A stretch of DNA of 64,000 bases from Candidatus Poseidoniaceae archaeon (GTDB lineage: Archaea; Thermoplasmatota; Poseidoniia; Poseidoniales; Poseidoniaceae). How positions within the stretch are numbered: position 1 is the stretch's first letter; each line of letters starts with the position of its first letter. The translations under genes were made by a program, and so were the position numbers. Of the stretch, positions 40,745 through 48,695 are shown one piece after another. Below the pieces are notes generated by a model that worked only from the letters and a program-made list of their open reading frames with translations, was not told the origin of the DNA and searched no databases. The stretch lies in assembly GCA_028356125.1 (NCBI GenBank), contig JAOMTZ010000003.1, positions 25,557 through 89,556 on the forward strand, read 5' to 3'.

Positions 40745-41947
40745 GTGGCCGGCCCAAAACACCATTTGGAGACGCCTATGTCCGACAAAAGGAAATTTTC
40801 CACAAACGCTGTTCAGGCTGGAACAAAACACATCGAAGGAGCAGTTAACACTCCAATTTTCCAATCATCAACCTATCAGTTGACCGATGACAGGTATGCT
40901 GGGTGGGCAGCGGGAGCACAACACACTCTACTTTACGCCAGACTTTCGAGCGTTAACTCCGAAGCAGTAGTTGAGAAAATATGCGCTTTAGAAGACGCTG
41001 AAGACGGAGAACTATTTGCAAGTGGAATGGCCGCAATATCTACTACTCTGATGGGATTATTATCTCAGGGCGATCACATAGTTGCGAGCTCAGACGTATA
41101 CGGGGGAACATACGGTCTAATGACTGAAGAACTTCCAAGGTTTGGGATTTCAACTACTATGGCCGATATGCAAGACCCTGCTTCGTATGAAGCAGCCATT
41201 ACGGAAAGGACAAAAATGCTCTATATTGAAACAATTACAAATCCCGTAATCAAAATTTGCGATATCGAAGCAATGTCTGAAATTGCAAAGAGGCACGATT
41301 TACTCTTAGTAATCGATAACACATTTGCTTCTCCGTGGGCATGCCAACCAATTGCCATGGGCGCAGATTTAGTGATTCACTCAACTACGAAATATCTTGG
41401 TGGCCACTCTGACATTATAGGTGGAGCAGTAGTTGGAAGGGCAGACTTAATTGCTGCAATGTTCATGAAAAAGGTCCACTTCGGGGGCTCACCAGATCCT
41501 CATAATTGCTATCTTTTAGAGAGGGGAATTAGAACACTAGCAGCTAGAATGCCTATACATTGCTCGAACGCTGCAGAAATAGCAATCCGTTTAGAGGCCC
41601 ACAACAAAGTAGACTTGGTCCACCACCCTAGTCTCGAGTCCCATCAAGATTATTCGGTTGCAAAGCGAATAATTCCTAAGGGAACTGGAATGATAGCATT
41701 TACTGTAAAAGGAGGAGATGCAGCTGCTTTGAAATTCATGCGTGGCCTAGATATGATATTCGAAGCAACTAGTTTAGGTGGCGTTGAGAGCCTTGTTGAA
41801 TGCCCATTCAATTCCAGTCACATGGGCATCCCTGAGGATGTAAGAATTGCAGCAGGCTTAGGGCCTGGCTTTGTTAGAATGTCAATAGGAATCGAGGATG
41901 TGGAAGATATTTGGAACGACATTTCTACCGCACTTTCTACAGTTTGA
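40745..41947 (+). CDS. Cys/Met metabolism PLP enzyme (methionine gamma-lyase / cystathionine gamma-synthase family)
   Basis: Motifs FASGMAAI, DNTF, STTKYLGGHSD, SLGGVESL. Confidence 0.92.
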   Translation: MAGPKHHLETPMSDKRKFSTNAVQAGTKHIEGAVNTPIFQSSTYQLTDDRYAGWAAGAQHTLLYARLSSVNSEAVVEKICALEDAEDGELFASGMAAISTTLMGLLSQGDHIVASSDVYGGTYGLMTEELPRFGISTTMADMQDPASYEAAITERTKMLYIETITNPVIKICDIEAMSEIAKRHDLLLVIDNTFASPWACQPIAMGADLVIHSTTKYLGGHSDIIGGAVVGRADLIAAMFMKKVHFGGSPDPHNCYLLERGIRTLAARMPIHCSNAAEIAIRLEAHNKVDLVHHPSLESHQDYSVAKRIIPKGTGMIAFTVKGGDAAALKFMRGLDMIFEATSLGGVESLVECPFNSSHMGIPEDVRIAAGLGPGFVRMSIGIEDVEDIWNDISTALSTV

Positions 41948-43666
41948 TTACGGCAACTCTTCGATTTGGCCGCAGGCTTTGCGAAGCAACTCAAGGGCTT
42001 CCTTGTAATCCACTTCTTCGCCTTTAACCAGTTCTTCACCTGCTTTCCATACATTGATTGCAGCGTGACTCCAAGCGCCACCCCTGTCTCTAGCATCTGA
42101 TGAAAACTGCCATTCTTGGCCATTTGATTTACCTGCAGCTACTAGCCAAGCCCAAGAAGCAGCCTGCCCATCAATTCCGTCTTTCTTAGATAGAGCAGAT
42201 TTCTCGGCTTTACCCATACCTTCGACCAACCCCATCATAGTAAGGTCGTGAATCATTCCAACAGGGCCCGAAACCTTTCCTCTCCTATACGGGAATTTTT
42301 GAATAATATCCGCCTTTGCTCTTTGAGACTCAATATCTTTGAGGAATTTTCCGAAAGCACGTTTTTTGTTACATTGAGCAGACCACAAATCATGAGCCTC
42401 CTCTTCTCCAATCCCCATTTCTATCAATCCAGAAAGCCCATGATCTTGCCATAAAGCGGAAAGAACATCGTTACAAGAGGTAGCGGAGATTTCCAACGCA
42501 GTGCCCTCTCTTTCGTGAACCTCCCCCCGTTGAGATATCCTGATTCCAGAACCCGTTGCTGATTGCATTAGACTCAGAGCAAGCCCCTTCTCTGCCGCGG
42601 AGCCATTTAATTCTGTAACAGCCTCATCTGCCGTTGAAAACCATCTCTCTCCAACAACAAATCCTTCATCAATATGGTGTAGGACTGCAACCTTTACTCT
42701 CTTTGAAAGCGAACCTTCGTTCAACGTCAAACCCATCCACGCATCTAGTATTCTATCCAATGCATCTCTTGCACCATCTCTGTTTCCACCTTCTGGATAC
42801 CAAATAGCGTCCGGCTCCATTACAGTGGATAGATTCGGAGGCAGCATTGAAAGAGCAAGGTCATGGATAAACGAGGTCTTACCCTTCGCCTTTTCCAATT
42901 TATCAAAGCCAATAGCAACTTTGCTACCATTGATAAAATTGAGTAACAAATATCCACTCCCAGACATTTCGTTAGCCGATATTTTTTCGACATCTAGACC
43001 TTCAGTTGCCCAAACAGAGCCGATGTTGTTGAAACTAAACCGGGAGCGATCTAACACATCATCTAGCCAACCATCTGGAATATTTGGTTCCGGGCCACTA
43101 CATACGAAACCATTTCTCCAGGAGAAAAAGAAGTATCCTTTGCGAGCGTGATCTTCCCAAGGAAGCATGCGCAATGTAGTCATGTGGTAGTTTTGTAAGC
43201 CCGCTTGGTAAGCAACTTTACCGTCCCCCCTTCTGACATACGATGCCTTTCCGAATGACTGGTGGCTATAATTTCCAACAATCGAAATTTCTTGGTCATG
43301 GGCTGCCATAAGAGAGCCTGCTAGTGCTTTACCAACGTCATCTCCTCGCTTTGCCATCATTCTTTTGGCTAGCCATTTTTTGTCATGCCTTTTACCCAAT
43401 ATTTTCCTTAGGTCAACTAAAGTTTTGGTTACGGGGTCAGTTCGGCCCCATTTGAGTTTTCCAGTCCAAGACATTGCAGGTAGAAGAGTTTCACCTTCTG
43501 CTAGCAAACGATCGAGGTTTTTCCTCAACTTCTTTTGCGTTTCAAGATTGGCCTGTTTCGTACCACGCATACGCATACGCTGGCGCTTTTGCCCAGGAAA
43601 TTCAACCTTAGAAGGTCCTGCCATAGACAGGCCGAGAAGTTGCCCCCTGTTCACTTCTTCGACCAT
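41948..43666 (-). CDS. conserved hypothetical protein (572 aa)
   Basis: Long ORF overlapping the dph5 stop region; no recognised motif. Confidence 0.7.
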   Translation of the reverse strand: MVEEVNRGQLLGLSMAGPSKVEFPGQKRQRMRMRGTKQANLETQKKLRKNLDRLLAEGETLLPAMSWTGKLKWGRTDPVTKTLVDLRKILGKRHDKKWLAKRMMAKRGDDVGKALAGSLMAAHDQEISIVGNYSHQSFGKASYVRRGDGKVAYQAGLQNYHMTTLRMLPWEDHARKGYFFFSWRNGFVCSGPEPNIPDGWLDDVLDRSRFSFNNIGSVWATEGLDVEKISANEMSGSGYLLLNFINGSKVAIGFDKLEKAKGKTSFIHDLALSMLPPNLSTVMEPDAIWYPEGGNRDGARDALDRILDAWMGLTLNEGSLSKRVKVAVLHHIDEGFVVGERWFSTADEAVTELNGSAAEKGLALSLMQSATGSGIRISQRGEVHEREGTALEISATSCNDVLSALWQDHGLSGLIEMGIGEEEAHDLWSAQCNKKRAFGKFLKDIESQRAKADIIQKFPYRRGKVSGPVGMIHDLTMMGLVEGMGKAEKSALSKKDGIDGQAASWAWLVAAGKSNGQEWQFSSDARDRGGAWSHAAINVWKAGEELVKGEEVDYKEALELLRKACGQIEELP

Positions 43667-44562
43667 CGGCTTAGAGCATTTGCTTCAACATCACTCGGCT
43701 CAGCAGGTATAACCAAACAGTGTAATCTACCCGTTTTTGCTTCTTCCAATTCCCCTACTGAAAGGTATGATATCGATTGCGCATCAGTTCCCATGTCACT
43801 ACAGAGTACGACCATTAACGAAGAAATATCATTGCAAATTTCAGAACCCGCCTCGAATTTCAAATCATCAAAGCTAGTATCACGAGGGAAGTGAACTAAA
43901 CTTTCTGATAACTTAATGGCCATTCTGATAATCGCTTGACCAGCATCTAGTGGCTGCATAGGCCTTTGTCCACCGGTTCCTTCACCCGTTGGGTCTAGGT
44001 CGAGAAGTGCGAGTGTGTGTAATCCTTGTTTTCGGTTTAGAGCAATTACTTCCAATGGCGATGTTGCTACCCACCCGCCGTATGGATAAGTAAGGGTAGT
44101 TTGTCTACCAAAGCGATAATTTAAGAGACCAATCGCCCCTGTTACTAAGCCGGTAATTGAAACTCCGTGAATCACAGAGCATTCGATTCCCGCCTCAATC
44201 GCTTGCAATTGTAAGTCAACATGAGTGGTGGCTTGTAATGGATCACCCACTACCAATAAAGCAACGACTTCCTTCTTTGCCAGTTGTAATAATTCCAAGG
44301 GCTCTTCAACCTCGGGTCGCATTACACGTTGGATTTGGCCAATTTCATTTTCAAGAACTTCTAGGTCATCTGCACTCCACAACGCAGTATATGCTTCGTA
44401 ACGCCTATGATCTGCATTTGTCGCAGCATGGATTGCAGCACGAGTCATACCAGCAATTCCCCCGGGACCCATCCCGATTAGAACTAATCCAGCCGCCATG
44501 CTCAAACCACTTGCTCCTGTGGGCATGGCGAGGACCATGCGCCATTTGAGCGTGCCGAGCAA
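43651..44562 (-). CDS. dph5: diphthine synthase; true start probably downstream (MAAGL)
   Basis: Motifs LIGMG, VVGDPLQATTH, GVSI, GRQTT, HTLALLDL. Confidence 0.9.
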   Translation of the reverse strand: MLGTLKWRMVLAMPTGASGLSMAAGLVLIGMGPGGIAGMTRAAIHAATNADHRRYEAYTALWSADDLEVLENEIGQIQRVMRPEVEEPLELLQLAKKEVVALLVVGDPLQATTHVDLQLQAIEAGIECSVIHGVSITGLVTGAIGLLNYRFGRQTTLTYPYGGWVATSPLEVIALNRKQGLHTLALLDLDPTGEGTGGQRPMQPLDAGQAIIRMAIKLSESLVHFPRDTSFDDLKFEAGSEICNDISSLMVVLCSDMGTDAQSISYLSVGELEEAKTGRLHCLVIPAEPSDVEANALSRWSKK

Positions 44563-45565
44563 AGAAACATCCCTTTGGAGGGATAGATTAGACAGCCAAG
44601 GGTGGTTAGTCGAAGGGCTCGGAATTCATAATTTAGGGAAATTTCGCGGCATTCCCATAAACGACACCGCACCTCAAAGCATAGAAAACTTGGAAATTGT
44701 AAATCTACAACCACTTACGCCAGGCCCAAAACATTGGACAGAAAGATTGGATCCCGAATTATTCTCTAAACACCAAAGCGAATGGCCAATGAGCCACGAC
44801 CAAATCGGCGATGTGATAATCATCAAGTTACCTGAAAGTGTTCAAAACCATTCTATTGCGATTGGAGAAGCGATGCTGAAACAGAATTCTAACGCTCGCG
44901 TCATATGCGCGGATAACGGGGTAAAAGGTCAATTCCGCGTTAGGGGCTTGTCGGTTATTGCAAGCAACGGGTCCGACGAAACACTGACCAAAGTCAAGGA
45001 AAATGGGCATGAGTTTTGGGTGGATCCGGGCGCAGCATATTATTCTCCAAGACTAGCCAACGAAAGGCTTGCGACTGTTAATTGCGCAAAAGAGTTGAGC
45101 GCTACACTTGGAAGGAAAATTTCAGTTTGTGACCCATATGCGGGGGTAGGTCCAGCATTAGTGCCCTTGGCTAACACAGAAATTATCGACAAAGTCTTCG
45201 CAAGCGATCTGAATCCAAACGCAGCAGATTTACTGGCCAAGAACCTACCTAGTAGTTGGTCTGAATGTAGAGATGCCAGAACGCTAGCCGATGAATTGCC
45301 AGAGTGCTGCGATCTATTACTAGTCAATCTGCCACACGACAGTATTGATCACCTCCCCGATTTACTAGGCCTTCTGCGTAAAGGCCATCAGGTAGTGATT
45401 AGGGGCTGGGCAATCACCCCACTCGACGCTCTTGCCGATATAAGAAAAAGAATCACCTCGATACTATCTGATTCGGAAATCGTATCTTTAGAAATTGAGG
45501 CAAACCGCTCCTATTCTCCAAACGACACATATGCTTGCTATGAAGCACATATAATTCGTAACTAA
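44498..45565 (+). CDS. Trm5/TYW2 (Met-10+) family tRNA methyltransferase
   Basis: Motifs DQIGDVII, KENG, YYSPRLANER, DPYAGVGP, VNLP. Confidence 0.82.
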   Translation: MLKPLAPVGMARTMRHLSVPSKETSLWRDRLDSQGWLVEGLGIHNLGKFRGIPINDTAPQSIENLEIVNLQPLTPGPKHWTERLDPELFSKHQSEWPMSHDQIGDVIIIKLPESVQNHSIAIGEAMLKQNSNARVICADNGVKGQFRVRGLSVIASNGSDETLTKVKENGHEFWVDPGAAYYSPRLANERLATVNCAKELSATLGRKISVCDPYAGVGPALVPLANTEIIDKVFASDLNPNAADLLAKNLPSSWSECRDARTLADELPECCDLLLVNLPHDSIDHLPDLLGLLRKGHQVVIRGWAITPLDALADIRKRITSILSDSEIVSLEIEANRSYSPNDTYACYEAHIIRN

Positions 45566-45606
45566 TTTCCGTTTATTTCATCAATGAGCCCCTCTTGCGT
45601 TGATAC

Positions 45607-45732
45607 ATGCAGACCAAAGTCAAGTGCCAATGTGGCGCAGAAACCGACGTTTCAGGCGTAACTCCTAGGATTAACGGTGTTGATGTATACTGCACCGTTT
45701 GTGGCACTGTGACAAATCACGACATAGTCTGA
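45607..45732 (+). CDS. 41-aa Zn-ribbon microprotein (absent from the ORF track)
   Basis: My translation: MQTKVKCQCGAETDVSGVTPRINGVDVYCTVCGTVTNHDIV*, with CxC...CxxC. Confidence 0.6.
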   Translation: MQTKVKCQCGAETDVSGVTPRINGVDVYCTVCGTVTNHDIV

Positions 45733-45826
45733 AACTCCTCCCTCTTCACCTTTTGAAGGTGCAACACTCTTATACTCGACGAAATGAAATCCATTCGAGA
45801 CAATAGTCTCTAGGAATGTGAAAATA

Positions 45827-46462
45827 ATGGATGGAAAAATGAAAGGAATGATTATGGCGGGTATGATGGCGCTTAGCCTGATTCTCGGTGCAATGGCAAT
45901 ATTCAGCAACGAATGGCTTACTGAGGAAGAAGATGATGTGACAGATAATTCTGGCCTAAGCAACAAGGTGATGGTTATGGACGCAGGGGATTCTGATACG
46001 TGCGATGCAATGGTGCCGCTGTACGAAGCAATGATGAAAGATGCCACAGTAGAATGTGACGGCGCAGAATTGACACTGACAATCGGAATCTCTGATTTGT
46101 GCGAATCTTTGAAAGACGGAGACGCGGAATCTGATGATATCGATGATTGTGAAGCAGCAGCATCTGCAGGGACAATGGGCCAAATTGGAATGTGGGGAGG
46201 CGTTGTTCTAGCGCTTGTTGCAACTTTGATGATGGTTCTACCAATGGCTGGAGTCGACGCAATGGATGCAATCCCAGAAATGGGCCAGAAGGTAATCTCT
46301 TGGGGAGCTGGAGGACTAATGCTACTAGGTATGGTTCTTTGGTACTTCATGCTACCAGACGGTGATTCATCAATGGGTTCAGGTTTGATTATGGCAGGAG
46401 CTGCTATGTCAATTGCACTTGGATCAACATTGATTGGCCAGTTCATACCAGCAGACGAGTGA
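45827..46462 (+). CDS. 4-TM claudin/PMP22-like membrane protein, copy 1
   Basis: TM1, then W...GL..., four Cys, TM2, TM3, short loop and G-initiated TM4. The gene is well supported; the family call is inferred. Confidence 0.7.
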   Translation: MDGKMKGMIMAGMMALSLILGAMAIFSNEWLTEEEDDVTDNSGLSNKVMVMDAGDSDTCDAMVPLYEAMMKDATVECDGAELTLTIGISDLCESLKDGDAESDDIDDCEAAASAGTMGQIGMWGGVVLALVATLMMVLPMAGVDAMDAIPEMGQKVISWGAGGLMLLGMVLWYFMLPDGDSSMGSGLIMAGAAMSIALGSTLIGQFIPADE

Positions 46463-46502
46463 AATTCACTTAATTGGAAATGAAACACCCTAACGGGATA
46501 TT

Positions 46503-46541
46503 GCCCTCATCAGGAGTTCGCTCCTGGTGAGGGCTTTTTTT
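46503..46541 (+). terminator. intrinsic-type hairpin terminator, copy 1
   Basis: GCCCTCATCAGGAG-TTCG-CTCCTGGTGAGGGC followed by T7. Confidence 0.85.
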
Positions 46542-46680
46542 ATTTGAAAACGTAAAATTGGTTCGACTGTGGACAAATTAGTTAGAAACAGCATTGTTTG
46601 AAGTGTTCATTGGTGTAACAATCATATACCGCTTAAATTAAATTCCAGCAGAGGCAATAGTCTCTAGGAATGTGAAAACA

Positions 46681-47406
46681 ATGGATACAAAGATGAAAGG
46701 AATGATTATGGCTGGCATGATGGCAGTAAGCCTGGTACTAGGAATATTTGGCGTACTTGGAAACGAATGGCTAGACGTTGAAGCAGACGAAGATGACGAC
46801 ATGGGTGGATTTTCAATGTCCTATGGTCTCAATAACTTGGCCGTAACCTATGATTTAACCGAATTTATGGGCGGCATGGCAGAAGGTGAATGTGACGCTA
46901 TGCTAGAAGAAATGGATGAAGATAAGGATGATGGCTTGGAATCAGAATGTAAAGACGATGACACACTATTTGCAACAATGTCTCTTTCAGATATGTGTAG
47001 TGAAGCAGAAGACGATTTAGCTGAAGCTAAGGACGATGATATGAGCGACGAATATATCGAGGAAACAGAAGAATCTAAAGACGATTTATGCGCCACAGCC
47101 ACAGCAGGAACAATGGGAACCGTTGGAATATGGGCAGGCATAGTATGTGCTTTAGTGGCCACTCTTATGTTCGTTCTACCAATGGTCGGAGTCGACGCAA
47201 TGGATGCAATCCCAGATATGGGTAAGATGATCGTAACATGGGGCGCAGGGGCATTAATGCTAATTGGTATGCTACTTTGGTATCTTATGCTACCAGATAC
47301 GGACAGTGAAACTGCTCTAGGGCTGAGTGGATACCTTGCAGGTGCAGCTATGACCATTGGTCTAGGCGCAGCAGCAACTGGACAGTTCATACCAGCAGAC
47401 GAGTGA
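46681..47406 (+). CDS. 4-TM claudin/PMP22-like membrane protein, copy 2
   Basis: Same architecture with a longer acidic loop; ends QFIPADE like the other copies. Confidence 0.7.
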   Translation: MDTKMKGMIMAGMMAVSLVLGIFGVLGNEWLDVEADEDDDMGGFSMSYGLNNLAVTYDLTEFMGGMAEGECDAMLEEMDEDKDDGLESECKDDDTLFATMSLSDMCSEAEDDLAEAKDDDMSDEYIEETEESKDDLCATATAGTMGTVGIWAGIVCALVATLMFVLPMVGVDAMDAIPDMGKMIVTWGAGALMLIGMLLWYLMLPDTDSETALGLSGYLAGAAMTIGLGAAATGQFIPADE

Positions 47407-47446
47407 AATTCACTTAATTGAAAATGAAACACCCTAACGGGATATT

Positions 47447-47485
47447 GCCCTCACCAGGAGTTCGCTCCTGGTGGGGGCTTTTTTT
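47447..47485 (+). terminator. intrinsic-type hairpin terminator, copy 2
   Basis: GCCCTCACCAGGAG-TTCG-CTCCTGGTGGGGC followed by T8. Confidence 0.85.
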
Positions 47486-47619
47486 ATTTGAAATATACAA
47501 TTTGGCCGTGGACAAATTAGTTAGAAAAAGCATTGTTTGAATTGCTCACCGGTGCAACACTGATATACTCGCTAATTTGAAATCCATTTGAGACAATAGT
47601 CTCTAGGAATGTGAAAACA

Positions 47620-48312
47620 ATGGATGGAAAGATGAAAGGAATGATTATGGCGGGCATGATGGCGCTTAGCCTGATTTTGGGAGTAATGGCTGTCTTAGGC
47701 GGCTCTTGGCTGACCTCAGACGAATTTATGGGCGAAGAAATGGATGACGATGACGAAGTAACATACGGCTTGAATGCTTTGAATTTAGTTGTCCCAGACG
47801 CCGACTGCAATGATGACGCGGTGGATGGAATAGAAGAACTCTACGACGGAATGGAAGTAGAATGTGATGGCGATACTATAATCGCCACATGGGCCATGTC
47901 TGACCAGTGTGATTTCTACGGTGATTTGGTTGAAACATACGAAGATATGGGAATGGAAGGCGACGATATAAAAGAAATCACAGATGCTGAAGACGATGCT
48001 TGTGCAGCAGTTACCGCAGGAACCATGGGAACTATCGGAATGTGGGGAGGCGTTGTTCTAGCGCTTGTTGCAACTTTGATGATGGTTCTACCAATGGCTG
48101 GAGTCGACGCAATGGATGCAATCCCAGAAATGGGCCAGAAGGTAATCTCTTGGGGAGCTGGAGGACTAATGCTACTAGGTATGGTTCTTTGGTACTTCAT
48201 GCTACCAGACGGCGACTCGAGCGCAGGAACGACTCTATGGATAGCAGGAGCTGCTATGTCAATTGCACTTGGATCAACATTGATTGGCCAGTTCATACCA
48301 GCAGACGAGTGA
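47620..48312 (+). CDS. 4-TM claudin/PMP22-like membrane protein, copy 3
   Basis: Same architecture; TM2-TM3 and most of TM4 are DNA-identical to copy 1. Confidence 0.7.
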   Translation: MDGKMKGMIMAGMMALSLILGVMAVLGGSWLTSDEFMGEEMDDDDEVTYGLNALNLVVPDADCNDDAVDGIEELYDGMEVECDGDTIIATWAMSDQCDFYGDLVETYEDMGMEGDDIKEITDAEDDACAAVTAGTMGTIGMWGGVVLALVATLMMVLPMAGVDAMDAIPEMGQKVISWGAGGLMLLGMVLWYFMLPDGDSSAGTTLWIAGAAMSIALGSTLIGQFIPADE

Positions 48313-48352
48313 AACTTACTTAATTGGAAATGAAACACCCTAACGGGATATT

Positions 48353-48393
48353 GCCCTCATCAGGAGTTCGCTCTTGGTGGGGGCTTTTTTTTT
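48353..48393 (+). terminator. intrinsic-type hairpin terminator, copy 3
   Basis: GCCCTCATCAGGAG-TTCG-CTCTTGGTGGGGGC followed by T9; changes relative to copy 1 give G-U pairs. Confidence 0.85.
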
Positions 48394-48560
48394 ATTCCAG
48401 AAAGGCCTTCAGCATCTCTTTTAACCCAATTTACAGTAACTGTTATCGTACTCAATAGTATGATTATGAATGAATAAGAAATAATTGCACGAATTATGTT
48501 AATCTTGATTTTGAAAAACAAATCCAAACTCTGAGATAACCTCTCAGTACATCATTCAAG

Positions 48561-48632
48561 CGCCCGTGCCGGGAATCGAACCCGGGTCGAGGCATCGACA
48601 ACGCCTCATGATAACCGCTACACCACACGGGC
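48561..48632 (-). tRNA. tRNA-Asp(GTC), CCA not encoded
   Basis: Minus strand reads GCCCGTGTGGTGTAGCGGTTATCATG-AGGCG-TT-GTC-GA-TGCCT-CGACCCGGGTTCGATTCCCGGCACGGGC-G, with G73 discriminator. Confidence 0.95.
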
Positions 48633-48695
48633 AGCAAGTCGCCGAGTAACAACCGCTATTTAAGCCGCGCTCTGTGGCCCAGACGGGGAGAGAAC

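Larger units (their letters stand above)
45758..48393 (+). repeat. tandem triplication (~0.85-0.95 kb units: promoter, gene, terminator)
   Basis: Units share GGTG(C/T)AACA, GAG(A/G)CAATAGTCTCTAGGAATGTGAAAA and the 3' UTR GAAACACCCTAACGGGATATTGCCCTCA; both spacers share GTGGACAAATTAGTTAGAAA. Confidence 0.92.

Noticed and set aside
46480-46590. Integron attC-like reading of the repeated 3' elements (CCCTAAC ... GTTAGAA)
   Set aside because: The boxes do not fit RYYYAAC/GTTRRRY, there is no end-to-end complementarity, there is no integrase, and all units are paralogs with their own promoters.
45827-48312. Diversity-generating retroelement as the source of loop variation
   Set aside because: There is no reverse transcriptase in the window, and the differences include indels and all bases rather than adenine-only changes.
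45652-48338. Three long antisense ORFs beginning MFHFQLS in the array
   Set aside because: They are shadows of the repeated sense genes and their conserved 3' UTR. Their lengths differ (278/194/140 aa) and the promoter, RBS and terminator signals all point to the plus strand.
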